From: an uncultured bacterium | Lineage (GTDB): Bacteria; Patescibacteriota; Minisyncoccia; Phycocordibacterales; PALSA-1337 | NCBI GenBank assembly: GCA_963701025.1 | Contig: OY969557.1 | Span: 170,405-234,404, forward strand | Direction of reading: 5' to 3' | DNA: 64,000 nucleotides | Shown here: in pieces, positions 9,515 to 21,331 of the stretch | Layout of the letters: each line of letters begins with the position of its first letter | Position numbering within the stretch: position 1 is the first letter of the stretch | Program-made: the position numbers and the translations under genes | The notes under the pieces: generated by a model | The model's database searches: none | Told to the model about the DNA's origin: nothing | The model's input: the letters and a program-made list of their open reading frames with translations, nothing else

Positions 9515-10405
9515 ATGCCCACCACTCCTCTCACCGACGAAAAAGTCGCGCTTCTGACGAAAAAAGCGCTCGATATCCGACGCTCCATCATAGAGTCTCT
9601 GATCACGGCGAAGTCCGGTCACACTGCCGGACCGCTCGATATGGCGGACATATTCACATACCTTTACTTTCACGCCCTGAAGCACGATCCGAAGAAGCCT
9701 GATTGGGAATATCGCGACCGGCTCGTCCTTTCCAATGGCCACATCTGCCCGGTCCTCTATGCCACTATGGCGCACGCGGGATATTTTCCAGTCTCCGAAT
9801 TGAAGACACTCCGCCAATTCGGCAGCCGCCTACAAGGCCATCCGCACCGCGAATGGCTGCCCATGCTCGAGACTTCGTCCGGCCCTCTCGGCGAAGGATT
9901 GTCGCAAGCCGTTGGAATGGCTATCGCCGATAGGATAGATAACGGCCGAAGCTCCGGCAAGCGATTTTATTGTTTGATGAGCGACGGCGAGCTGGACGCG
10001 GGCAATAGCTGGGAAGGAGCGATGCTTGCCGGCAAGGAGAGATTGCAGAACTTAACCGCGATCGTCGACCGCAATAATATTCAGATAGACGGCTTCACCG
10101 AAGACATCATGCCTCTCAATCCGCTCATCGATAAATGGCGATCGTGGAATTGGCATGTCATCGAAATAGACGGCCATAATTTTCGTGACATAGACCGCGC
10201 TATCGGAGAGGCTCATGCCGTGTTCGACAAGCCGTCGGTTATCATAGCCAACACCATACCGTCCAAGGGCATCCCTGAATTCGAGCGCAAATTCGAATGG
10301 CACGGCAAGCCGCCGACTACTCCCGAGGAGATCGAGACCGCACGGAAGGCGTTGGGGGAGATCCGCACATTGGGCGGTCGGATAGACGCGCCGCATCATT
10401 CTTAA
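9515..10405 (+). CDS. tktA: Transketolase, N-terminal (TPP-binding) subunit
   Basis: 'GHTAGPLDMADIF...LSNGH...GPLGEGLSQAVGMA' is the split-transketolase N half. Confidence 0.9.
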   Translation: MPTTPLTDEKVALLTKKALDIRRSIIESLITAKSGHTAGPLDMADIFTYLYFHALKHDPKKPDWEYRDRLVLSNGHICPVLYATMAHAGYFPVSELKTLRQFGSRLQGHPHREWLPMLETSSGPLGEGLSQAVGMAIADRIDNGRSSGKRFYCLMSDGELDAGNSWEGAMLAGKERLQNLTAIVDRNNIQIDGFTEDIMPLNPLIDKWRSWNWHVIEIDGHNFRDIDRAIGEAHAVFDKPSVIIANTIPSKGIPEFERKFEWHGKPPTTPEEIETARKALGEIRTLGGRIDAPHHS

Positions 10406-10424
10406 TAATATGGCTATCAGATAG

Positions 10425-11468
10425 ATGCTTAATCCCGATTTAAAATCAAACCCCAAGCTCTTCGACGCCGATGTCGACCAACAGCCTATCCGCGCAGGCT
10501 TCGGCGAGGGATTGCTTAAGGCCGCTGAATTGGACAAGCGCGTTGTCGGCCTGTGTGCTGACCTGACGGAATCGACGCATATGCTGGCATTCAAGCAGAA
10601 ATTCCCGGACAGATTCATCGAGATAGGCGTGGCGGAGCAGAATCTGGCGAGTGTTGCCTCGGGCGTGGCGGCTATGGGCAAGATCCCATTCATAAGCTCG
10701 TACGCGGTCTTCAGCCCCGGCAGGAATTGGGAACAGATCCGCACGACCATCGCCTACAATAATAGACCGGTGAAGATCGCCGGTTCGCACGCGGGCGTGT
10801 CGGTGGGACCGGACGGCGGTAGCCATCAGGCGCTAGAAGATATCGCTCTCATGCGCGTCCTGCCGCGGATGGTGGTGATATCGCCGTGCGATGTCATAGA
10901 GGCTCGCAAAGCCACTATAGCGGCGGCAAAGACTGATTTTCCGACCTATATCAGACTGGCACGCGAGAAGACACCAATAATGACTACCGACGAAACACCA
11001 TTTGAAATAGGAAAAGCGAGTATAGTATTTAGGAGCAAAGAGAAGGGGGGAGTAAGCAGAGAAAAAGAAGTGGGAAGAAAAGAGGGCGGAAAACTAGATG
11101 TGGGTATCATCGCTACGGGCGCATTGCTGTACAAGGCATTGAAAGCCGCCAAACAGCTGGATGAAGTTGGCAAGAAAGTAGCGGTGATGAATCTCGCCAC
11201 TATCAAGCCTTTGGACGAAGACGCCATCATCCGTCTGGCGCATGAAGCCGGCGCCATCGTCACCGTCGAGGAGCATCAGATCATAGGAGGCATGGGCTCG
11301 GCCGTGGCGGAATGTCTCGCCGGGCATTTTCCTGTGCCCGTTGAGTTTGTCGGCATAAAAGACCGATTCGGCCAGTCGGGCAAACCTGATGAGCTCATCG
11401 AATATTACGGCATGGGGGAGAAGAGTATCCTAGAAGCTGTACAGAAAGCTATATTGAGGAAAAAATAA
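10425..11468 (+). CDS. tktB: Transketolase, C-terminal subunit, with a purine-rich K/G/E low-complexity insert
   Basis: 'GVAEQNLASVASGVAAMGKIPFISSYAVF' is the Pyr/C-terminal half. An insert 'FRSKEKGGVSREKEVGRKEGGKLD' is encoded at 11030-11095. Confidence 0.9.
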   Translation: MLNPDLKSNPKLFDADVDQQPIRAGFGEGLLKAAELDKRVVGLCADLTESTHMLAFKQKFPDRFIEIGVAEQNLASVASGVAAMGKIPFISSYAVFSPGRNWEQIRTTIAYNNRPVKIAGSHAGVSVGPDGGSHQALEDIALMRVLPRMVVISPCDVIEARKATIAAAKTDFPTYIRLAREKTPIMTTDETPFEIGKASIVFRSKEKGGVSREKEVGRKEGGKLDVGIIATGALLYKALKAAKQLDEVGKKVAVMNLATIKPLDEDAIIRLAHEAGAIVTVEEHQIIGGMGSAVAECLAGHFPVPVEFVGIKDRFGQSGKPDELIEYYGMGEKSILEAVQKAILRKK

Positions 11469-11470
11469 AA

Positions 11471-11502
11471 ATAGCCTGGCTTTTAATGAGAAGCCGGCTA
11501 TA
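11471..11502. terminator. Hairpin between convergent tktB and the 11498-11851 ORF
   Basis: 'atagcctggc...gccggctat' forms a 9-bp stem with one bulge. No clean U-run follows. Confidence 0.35.
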
Positions 11503-11851
11503 GTTGCTCTGTGATTTGATACGTAGGGTTGGTGTCAAATTGTGAAAGTTTGCCCGCGAGCAATTGGCTCTGACCGATGGGGATGTCTCCGATGTACACA
11601 TCGAGATATGTATCTCCCCTGAACGGCGTGAACAAATTGCAGTTCAGGCGTGGCGAACCGCCGCATAACCTTCCGAATTGTCGGATCCATGCCTTGAAAT
11701 CCTCCAAATCGCTGGTCTTGTGGTTTTTCACGATTATGTGCACGTCTTCCCCGCGTAGGATCTTTTCGATTATGTCTTTTTCGACCATACGTCGGCACTC
11801 CTTTTTGCCGTCGCGATTGTAGCACTTATACTTTTGATTGTCTAGAGGCAT
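11498..11851 (-). CDS. Hypothetical protein
   Basis: 117-aa ORF, convergent with tktB. No recognisable motif. Confidence 0.4.
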   Translation of the reverse strand: MPLDNQKYKCYNRDGKKECRRMVEKDIIEKILRGEDVHIIVKNHKTSDLEDFKAWIRQFGRLCGGSPRLNCNLFTPFRGDTYLDVYIGDIPIGQSQLLAGKLSQFDTNPTYQITEQL

Positions 11852-12028
11852 TGTATGTTTCTATTAAAAAGGCCGCGAATTGGTCGTGGCCTAGATTCAT
11901 GCTTCAGCCGAGGTTTTTTCAAACCAGCTCCGGCTGATTCCGATCATTCAAAGGCAGGCCGATTTGTTTCGGCGGCGGTGCGAATCACCCGGAGTGTCAT
12001 TTTTCATAGAATCTGCTATAAATCTAGC

Positions 12029-14365
<2,337 letters not shown>

Positions 14366-14390
14366 AATTTTGATATTGTATAATTAATCT

Positions 14391-15011
14391 ATGGAAACGT
14401 TGGTTACATTAATTACTCTGCCGATAGGATTTCTTAATTTTGGAGGGGGAATTGTCGCAGGAATATGGTTAATAATAGTTGGGAAGTGGATGCTTGTCGT
14501 TGGAGCACTCATTTCAACAGTTATCTCGACTTGGATATTAGGTCTTCTTATGATGCCAACATTGCTTTTGGCCGCACCCATAGCATCGGAGCGAGTACAA
14601 AAAAGTAAATTGCTTGTCTTTATTCTGGGTGGTCTTTCAAATCTGTGGACTTACTTATTAATGTTGCTCTACGGTGTAGGGAGCTTCATGTTTATCTTAG
14701 GGAACTATGATGGTGGAATGATATTACCTTATCTTCTTTTGGCATACTCTGTTGCTACTAGCCCGTGGACATACATGGCTCAGGGAGAATCACAAGCTAA
14801 TAATGGAAATACAGGAATGGGTACACTCATGCCGGTGTTTGGTATATGTGTAGCCTCAATCGTCATGATGATTAAAGTATTTTTGTACGGAAATATTGAT
14901 TTTACATCGCTGGCAGTCGTATGTGTAATTCCGCTAGCGCTCGCATACATTGTACACATGGTCATTATATTTTTGATGTTGAAAGAGAGTGGTAAGGAAC
15001 AAATTAACTAG
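14391..15011 (+). CDS. Polytopic membrane protein, hypothetical (low GC)
   Basis: Five to six predicted TM helices. An extended -10 'TGTATAAT' ends 6 nt before the ATG. Confidence 0.5.
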   Translation: METLVTLITLPIGFLNFGGGIVAGIWLIIVGKWMLVVGALISTVISTWILGLLMMPTLLLAAPIASERVQKSKLLVFILGGLSNLWTYLLMLLYGVGSFMFILGNYDGGMILPYLLLAYSVATSPWTYMAQGESQANNGNTGMGTLMPVFGICVASIVMMIKVFLYGNIDFTSLAVVCVIPLALAYIVHMVIIFLMLKESGKEQIN

Positions 15012-15017
15012 AAAATT

Positions 15018-15494
15018 ATGTCCTTTCAACCATTGTTCCAAAGTGACGAAGCAGGAAAAACCATTTTAGACTTAGCGCATAAGAAATTATTACCCGCCAT
15101 TAGTAGTTTTGAACGACTTGCTGTCGATGTTTCAGATTACCGTCTTACTTTCTGGAGTAGTGTCTATAGACGAAAGTTTAAAAAACTTGAAAGTGATTTT
15201 GCCAAACAAAATAAGGATTTTCTATCTCTCTATCATCTATACAGCACTCCGGACGATTTGTTTGCCACATATTTTGATGCTACCGAAAAAGACCCAGGTC
15301 TTTCAGGAAGAATGGTTGCGGATTATTTTTCTAGTCGGCCAATGATTGAAAAAACATTTTCAGAAGGATTTAAACTTACAGAAATTATCGACAGGCAATT
15401 AGTAAGATACTCACAATCAGCAGACCAACGAGTTGCAACTGTTCTTGCGATTCTTGCGATCACTATTTCGTTGATTTCTCTTTTTTATAAGTAA
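15018..15494 (+). CDS. Hypothetical protein with C-terminal TM anchor (low GC)
   Basis: 158 aa ending 'VATVLAILAITISLISLFYK'. Confidence 0.45.
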   Translation: MSFQPLFQSDEAGKTILDLAHKKLLPAISSFERLAVDVSDYRLTFWSSVYRRKFKKLESDFAKQNKDFLSLYHLYSTPDDLFATYFDATEKDPGLSGRMVADYFSSRPMIEKTFSEGFKLTEIIDRQLVRYSQSADQRVATVLAILAITISLISLFYK

Positions 15495-15529
15495 CATGCC
15501 CTCCTTCACCCCCAAACCGACAAAGCAAG

Positions 15530-15790
15530 TCCTTATGCTCGCGACCGCCCTCGAGAAGCGGGGCGTGGCATAGAGTGGAGCATTAGGATGGCCACAAGCA
15601 TATCGACATCTACATCCCCAAGGACTGTCTCTATATCGAAGTGGACGGATTGCCGCATTACCATTAGCGCTACTTCACCAAGCGCATCGCCAATGAGACG
15701 ATCGAGAGTCATGTCGAGGAGATTGCTGATGCCATCGCCACGGTCGCCGAGAACGCCCCGAATCGGCTGGGGGAGAGGGTGCTCAAAAGT
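15530..15790 (+). pseudogene. Degraded DUF559-type (Vsr-like) endonuclease remnant
   Basis: 'HIDIYIPKDCLYIEVDGLPHYH' followed by a stop is the DUF559 core motif. Flanking pieces lie in other frames ('LMLATALEKRGVA*', 'TKRIANETIESHVEEIADAI'). Confidence 0.45.
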
Positions 15791-16294
15791 TAAATTTTAC
15801 TTACAACACAAAAATCTGTTTGACGGAACTTGCACGCCGAAGAATTTTTGTTAAACTTATTTCATTACAGACGGTAAGTTGATTCTCGGGATGAAAGGCG
15901 ATACGAAAAACTGAATAATTCACTGGTTCATTCAGGAAGTGACCGAACAACTTCTCTATGAACAAGGAAGTAAGGCATGCCACGAAAGGCAAAAGGGCCG
16001 AGTAGGGCAGTCGCGAGGCAATATAACTGATATTGTTCTAAAGTGGGTGCAGATAAACTGAATCACCCCATATTCACCTACATGTGAGGCGTTGGTCTGC
16101 AGACCGGTATCTCTCATGGAATATGTCGGACAAGTGGCGTCGGTTGGTCGCCAGTCCATGAGATTCCGGGTAGGCTCGGAAGATCATCAAAAATAAAAGC
16201 TGAAGCAACCCCTCGCCTGCGAGTAAAATCTAATCTCGCCTTCCTGAATGAGTCAGGGAATTTTAGTACATTAATAGCTTAATAATTTAAATAT

Positions 16295-16807
16295 ATGATC
16301 AGAGAAAACAAGAATAATATTGTGATTTATGAAGACAAGAATGGTAATGTCGAGCTACGAGCGGATATCGAAAAAGATACTTTATGGACGACACAGAAGA
16401 TGATGGCTACGCTTTTCGATTGTTCTCCTGATAATGTGTCTCTGCATTTAAAAAACATTTTTAATGATGGAGAGCTTGATGAGAGTTCAGTTACCGAGGA
16501 ATTCTCGGTAACTGCAAGCGATGGCAAGAAATACAAGGTTATTCACTATAACCTCGATGCCATAATCGCAATCGGCTACCGCGTCAACTCAAAAAAGGCT
16601 ACGCAATTTCGTATCTGGGCAACAGGCGTATTGCGAAAGTATCTGACCAGTGGCTATTCGCTCAATCAGTACAAACTTGAGAAATCACCGAAGGCCTTAC
16701 TCGACCTCTATAATGCCATGGCACTCATAGATTCCAAAGGACCCGGCGGCAAATTCAAAGGCAAAATTACGATCAAACTGACCGAGGACTTTGACCCTCG
16801 CAAATAG
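16295..16807 (+). CDS. RhuM-family (virulence-protein RhuM-like) protein, short form
   Basis: 'DGKKYKVIHYNLDAIIAIGYRVNSKKATQFRIWAT' is the RhuM signature. It is 170 aa against ~330 typical, so possibly truncated. Confidence 0.55.
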   Translation: MIRENKNNIVIYEDKNGNVELRADIEKDTLWTTQKMMATLFDCSPDNVSLHLKNIFNDGELDESSVTEEFSVTASDGKKYKVIHYNLDAIIAIGYRVNSKKATQFRIWATGVLRKYLTSGYSLNQYKLEKSPKALLDLYNAMALIDSKGPGGKFKGKITIKLTEDFDPRK

Positions 16808-16831
16808 ACGAAAAAGCGCTATACTACCCTC

Positions 16832-17605
16832 ATGCTATACACCATCATCATAGTCGTCGTCATACTCCTTGCCTTATCACTAAAAGTTGTTAAGGAATAT
16901 GACCGCGGCGTTATCTTCTTCCTGGGCAAGTGCACAGGCGTCAGAGGTCCGGGATTGATCATCCTCATCCCTATATTGGAGTGCATGACCAAGGTGACCC
17001 TGCGCACCATTACCATGAATATCCCATCGCAGAAGATCATAACCAAGGATAACGTCTCCATAGATATAGCCGCGGTGGCCTATTATCACATCGTCGATCC
17101 CATGAAATCGGTCGTAGCCATAGAGAACGTCTATGACGCGGTCAATCAGATCAGCCAGACCACCGTCAGGAATATCGTGGGCAAGTTCTCGTTGGATCAG
17201 TTGCTATCACAGACGGGGGATATCAATGTCCAGATCAAGGATGTCATCGATGCCCACACGGAGCCGTGGGGCGCACAAGTGACGGCGGTGGAGATCAAGG
17301 ACATCGTCCTGCCGGACAATATGCAGAGAGCCATGGCCAAAGAAGCCGAAGCCGAGCGCGAGCGCCGGGCCAAGATCGTAGCCGCCCAGGGCGAATTCCA
17401 GGCCGCCGTCAAGCTCGGTGAGGCCGCGGATATCATCGCTATGCACCCGGTGGCTCTCCAGCTCCGCACCCTCCAGACCATGTCGGAGATAGCCACGGAA
17501 AAGAATTCCACCATCATATTCCCGGCCCAATTCATGACCACGGTGCAGGAGGCCATTGCGACGATAAAAGGCGACTCGGCAAAAGGCGATTCGAAGAACA
17601 AATAA
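16832..17605 (+). CDS. SPFH/Band-7 (stomatin/prohibitin-like) membrane protein
   Basis: N-terminal TM plus '[18 protein letters not shown]...[16 protein letters not shown]...[17 protein letters not shown]'. TATACT lies 6 nt upstream of the ATG. Confidence 0.8.
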   Translation: MLYTIIIVVVILLALSLKVVKEYDRGVIFFLGKCTGVRGPGLIILIPILECMTKVTLRTITMNIPSQKIITKDNVSIDIAAVAYYHIVDPMKSVVAIENVYDAVNQISQTTVRNIVGKFSLDQLLSQTGDINVQIKDVIDAHTEPWGAQVTAVEIKDIVLPDNMQRAMAKEAEAERERRAKIVAAQGEFQAAVKLGEAADIIAMHPVALQLRTLQTMSEIATEKNSTIIFPAQFMTTVQEAIATIKGDSAKGDSKNK

Positions 17606-17659
17606 CGGATAGTTTATACCCTTCATACTCCATACCGTATACGTTATACTTATACTGTC

Positions 17660-18457
17660 ATGCCCGGCCAAGCGACACCCAAGAAAGAGAAGATCCTCAT
17701 CATAGAAAGCGATGGCGCTTTGGGCGAACGGATCGCCGACGCCTTGCGCCGTGAAGGATATACAGTCTTCCTCGTGAAGGATGGTCTCGAAGGAATGAAA
17801 AGCATATTGGATATCCTGCCTCACCTCGTCCTCATGGACGTGGTCCTCTCCGGAACGGACGCATACGACATCTTGGAGAAGAAGCAGGCAGAACCGATGC
17901 TGGCCAAAATACCCGTCTTCCTCCTCTCCACCCAAGGAGTGCCCATAAACATGCGCCGAGTGCCAGAAGGCAGCGCGGTGGAATTCATGATGGCCATCAA
18001 TATCGATCCGGCCGACGTCATTGATAAGGTTAACCGCCAGTTCGGCCACGAGATATCGAGCGCCCCCGTTTCATCTGGTAGCGCGACTCCAAAAAAGAAA
18101 GTCCTCTGGGTGGAGGACGATAAGCTCATAGGCACTATCCTCGCCAAGAAGCTGGTCTCGTCCGGCATCGATCTCTTTCATGCCAAGAACGGGGAAGAGG
18201 CCTTGGAAGCGCTGAAAGTAAGCATTCCGGACGTCATCGTCTTGGACCTCATCCTTCCCGGCATGAGCGGCTTTGATATCCTCCAAAAGATCAGAATGGA
18301 CGAGCGGCTGAAGAAGATACCCGTGATGATCCTGTCCAATTTGAGCAAGCAGAGCGACATCGAGCGGGCCAAGTTGCTCGGCGCGCAGAAATTCATGGTC
18401 AAGGCCGCCTCTTCGCTCGATCAGATAGCTTCCGAAGTTTATGGTTTATCGGCTTGA
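17660..18457 (+). CDS. Orphan response regulator with two tandem receiver (REC) domains and no output domain
   Basis: The second REC is canonical ('VLWVEDD...VIVLDLILPGMSGFDIL...IPVMILSNL'). The first REC is degenerate ('ILIIESDG...LVLMDVVLSGTD'). Confidence 0.7.
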   Translation: MPGQATPKKEKILIIESDGALGERIADALRREGYTVFLVKDGLEGMKSILDILPHLVLMDVVLSGTDAYDILEKKQAEPMLAKIPVFLLSTQGVPINMRRVPEGSAVEFMMAINIDPADVIDKVNRQFGHEISSAPVSSGSATPKKKVLWVEDDKLIGTILAKKLVSSGIDLFHAKNGEEALEALKVSIPDVIVLDLILPGMSGFDILQKIRMDERLKKIPVMILSNLSKQSDIERAKLLGAQKFMVKAASSLDQIASEVYGLSA

Positions 18458-18575
18458 TCGTCCGAAATCTTAGGCGAAAATTTATCGGATCTTCATCGTT
18501 TCTTGAGCGATTCTTGAGCGTTTCTTTATCGTCTTGGGTGTACAGTGCTGGATTATCAGCTCAAATAATACCAGC

Positions 18576-18824
18576 ATGTCATTAGAACAAAAGGATCTGG
18601 AGCTCATCGAACGCATCATTTACAAGAACGGCGACGATATCGCCGTGTCCATAGGCCGCTCTTTCGAGCGGCTCGAGGAACGCATAGACGCGGCCGAATC
18701 GAGGACATATTCCCGGCTAGCCGAAGTGGAAGATAAGATCGAAGCAGGCCGACAAGATACGACCGATTCGCTCGGAGATATCCGAGAAGAGGTCAGGGAA
18801 CTGCGTAAAATCGACGTTGAATGA
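18576..18824 (+). CDS. Small coiled-coil hypothetical protein
   Basis: Starts at 'MSLEQKDLELIERI'. AATAAT lies 6 nt upstream. Confidence 0.35.
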   Translation: MSLEQKDLELIERIIYKNGDDIAVSIGRSFERLEERIDAAESRTYSRLAEVEDKIEAGRQDTTDSLGDIREEVRELRKIDVE

Positions 18825-18870
18825 GGACTATTTCGGATAAGACCCATTCCCAGTAGGCTTATTCTGGGTT

Positions 18871-20343
18871 CTATTTTTTGGCGATCCGATAACCTCTGCT
18901 GGAATCGATGACTTCGAAACCGCGCGCCTCTATCTCGAGCCGGAAGCCGTCGGCTTTAGCCCAGTCTTTCTCGGCGCGGGCTTGCTCGCGGGCTTCGGCC
19001 AGGGCTTTGACGTCGGTGGGGATGTCTTCTTCGGCAGTTTCATCCATCTTTGGCACGGAGGCGATCTTGAGCCCAAGGACTCGATCGAAATCGAGGATAG
19101 TCGCGCGCTTATCGGCGGCAGACGGCGCGGTATCTTTGATGAGGTCCCAAATGAGGGCTATGGCCTGCGGCGTATCAATATCATCCCCGATAAAGGCCCC
19201 GAATCGCTCTTTATACGCGGGAATGACCTTCCCGCCTTCCGGATAGCCGGAAACGGCCGCCATGAGCCGTATAAGGCCATTCTGGGCGGCTCCGACGGCC
19301 TCATAGGTGAAGTTGACCGGCGAACGGTAGTGGGCGGTCAAGAGCCAATAACGGTAGGCGAGGGGAGAGACCGATTTTTCCTGCAAATCCTGTAGAGTGA
19401 TGAAGCCCCCATCTGATTTTGCCATCTTGGATTCACGCAGGGTGACAAAAGCATTATGCAGCCAGTAGTTCGCCAGCGGCACGCCGTAGGCCGCTTCGGA
19501 CTGGGCGATCTCATTGTTATGGTGAACCGGTATATGGTCGACGCCGCCGGTGTGGATGTCGAACGGCTGACCTAGGTATTTCCTGGACATAGCCGAACAC
19601 TCGACGTGCCAGCCCGGAAATCCTTTGCCCCACGGGCTATCCCAGCCGATGTCAGTGCCGTCAGATCCGCGATTCAATTTCCAGACGACGAAGTCAGCCT
19701 GATGTTTCTTGTCGGCACTGATGCCCACGCGCGGATTTTCCTCGAGGCTCCTTTTGAGGTCTTTGGCGCCCCCCCCGTCATTCTTTTCTGTCTTTCCCTT
19801 TCCTGCTTTTCCCAGCTTGCCGTATCCTTTGAATTTTTCCGTGTCGAAATAGACTCCGTCGGCAAGGGCATAGACGAAACCTTTGTTTTCGAGCTCTTTG
19901 ACGAGCTCAATATCCTCGGCGATGTGTTCGCTAGCGCGCGGAAATTCCGCGGGCAGTTCGATGTTCAATTCTTTCAGATCTTCGATGAACAAGTTGAAAT
20001 ATTTCTCGCCGACCTCTTTCATGGCCGCCAAGGTGAGAGGCATGTTCTCGCGGACGAGGGCCTTGGTCATCTTGTCTTCTCCGGAATCAGCGTCGCTCGA
20101 GAGATGCCCGACATCGGTGACATTGATGATCTGCTTGACCGAAAGACCGGCGTATTCGAGCGTGCGCCGGAGGGTGTCGGCGAAGACATAGGCGCGCAGA
20201 TTGCCTATGTGGGCGCGATCGTAGACCGTCGGCCCGCAGTTGTACATCGACACTTCGCCTTCCTTGAGCGGCTTAAAGACCTCTTTCTTTCCGGACAGAG
20301 TGTTGTGCAATTCAATCTTGATTTTTACCTTTTCACTTTTCAC
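18871..20343 (-). CDS. cysS: Cysteine--tRNA ligase
   Basis: 'MYNCGPTVYDRAHIGNLRAYVFADTL' (HIGH) and 'KMAKSDG' (KMSKS). Carries a K/G-rich insert 'KLGKAGKGKTEKNDGGGAKDLKRS'. Confidence 0.9.
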   Translation of the reverse strand: MKSEKVKIKIELHNTLSGKKEVFKPLKEGEVSMYNCGPTVYDRAHIGNLRAYVFADTLRRTLEYAGLSVKQIINVTDVGHLSSDADSGEDKMTKALVRENMPLTLAAMKEVGEKYFNLFIEDLKELNIELPAEFPRASEHIAEDIELVKELENKGFVYALADGVYFDTEKFKGYGKLGKAGKGKTEKNDGGGAKDLKRSLEENPRVGISADKKHQADFVVWKLNRGSDGTDIGWDSPWGKGFPGWHVECSAMSRKYLGQPFDIHTGGVDHIPVHHNNEIAQSEAAYGVPLANYWLHNAFVTLRESKMAKSDGGFITLQDLQEKSVSPLAYRYWLLTAHYRSPVNFTYEAVGAAQNGLIRLMAAVSGYPEGGKVIPAYKERFGAFIGDDIDTPQAIALIWDLIKDTAPSAADKRATILDFDRVLGLKIASVPKMDETAEEDIPTDVKALAEAREQARAEKDWAKADGFRLEIEARGFEVIDSSRGYRIAKK

Positions 20344-20355
20344 GTTTACCTTTTT

Positions 20356-21279
20356 TCATACCCACCGTTTCCGCTTGAAATACAGCCAGATGCCTACGGT
20401 GATGACGGCCATGCTGGCCATTATGAGTAACCAGCCGTATGGCTTATCGATGAGGGGCACTCCAGCCGACGGTATGGTGAATATAGAAGCGATGAATGTC
20501 AACGGGTAGAAGATAAAGGCGACAAGGGTCAGGACCTTGATGATCTCGTTCTGGTGGGTATTGAGCAGGGAATCGTTGGTCTCTCGCAAGTCGGTCAGGA
20601 GCTCACGGGCGTTGACGATGAGTTCGTGTATATGGGTAAAATCATCTTTGATGTTTTCTACGTATACTTCGAAATCGGCCCCAAACATGGTCTTTTCGGA
20701 GCGTTGGCGGAGCTCTTCCCAGATGTCATTGTGGATACGGGCGGTCTGCTTGAAATCGATGAGCTCGCGGTTCAGATTTGAGAGAGTCTCTACCATGTTG
20801 CGCTCGTCGCCTTTGAAGATGCGGGCTTCGGCCAATATGATGGCATCTCGTATATTCTCCAGATCCTGGCGCATGCCGGCATAGAGCCTCTTGACCATGT
20901 AGTAGAAGATATGACCCGCGTGGGATATCTTCTCTTCTTTGCCGAGGATCTCGTTGGCCTCGAATATCTTGCCGAAATATTCCAGCTGTTCGATAGCCTC
21001 ATAGCGCGAGGTTATGAGGAAATTCCTGCCGATGACGAAGTCCACTTCGCGGTCGACGACGACATACGAGCCGTCCCGACGAGCCCGGACCGGCAGGGTA
21101 AGGACGATGAGAGTGTAATCCTTGTAAAAGTCTATCTTTGCCAGCGAAGGAGAGCTCCGGAGCTCTTCGCCGACGAGCGGATGTAGATCGTACCGTTTGA
21201 CCAGGCTAGCGATCTCATTGTCGTCAGGCGATTCCATGTCTATCCAGACGATGCCGCGGTAGGTGTGAGTAGTAGTCAT
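20356..21279 (-). CDS. CorA-like divalent-cation transporter (GMN motif not conserved)
   Basis: Two C-terminal TM helices with 'FYPLTFIASIF' aligning to the CorA 'PLTFITGIYGMNF' region. The start is taken at 'MTTTHTYRGIVWID'. Confidence 0.65.
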   Translation of the reverse strand: MTTTHTYRGIVWIDMESPDDNEIASLVKRYDLHPLVGEELRSSPSLAKIDFYKDYTLIVLTLPVRARRDGSYVVVDREVDFVIGRNFLITSRYEAIEQLEYFGKIFEANEILGKEEKISHAGHIFYYMVKRLYAGMRQDLENIRDAIILAEARIFKGDERNMVETLSNLNRELIDFKQTARIHNDIWEELRQRSEKTMFGADFEVYVENIKDDFTHIHELIVNARELLTDLRETNDSLLNTHQNEIIKVLTLVAFIFYPLTFIASIFTIPSAGVPLIDKPYGWLLIMASMAVITVGIWLYFKRKRWV

Positions 21280-21331
21280 GGCCCTATTATAACGGATTGT
21301 TTTATGCAATAATAGGGTACTTTCGAATACC

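Noticed and set aside
15855-16290. tmRNA, RNase P RNA, SRP RNA or group II intron domain V in the ORF-free stretch
   Set aside because: None of the conserved cores I can recall is present. These are GGGGCUGAUUCUGGAUUCGACGGG and ...CCACCA for tmRNA, the RNase P P4 'AGGAAAGUCCGGGCUCC', SRP 'GGUGCUGUUUACCAGG', and the group II D5 GAGC...GAAA...GUUC hairpin. Only a generic nested hairpin is present.
17207-18049. 280-aa ORF on the minus strand (and similar long antisense ORFs at 19606-20430, 40432-41130, 54129-54917, 12..395)
   Set aside because: Each lies entirely antisense to a gene with clear homology (response regulator, cysS, gltX, rplQ/rpoA, primase fragment). They have no motifs and Arg/Gly-rich shadow composition, so they are treated as spurious.
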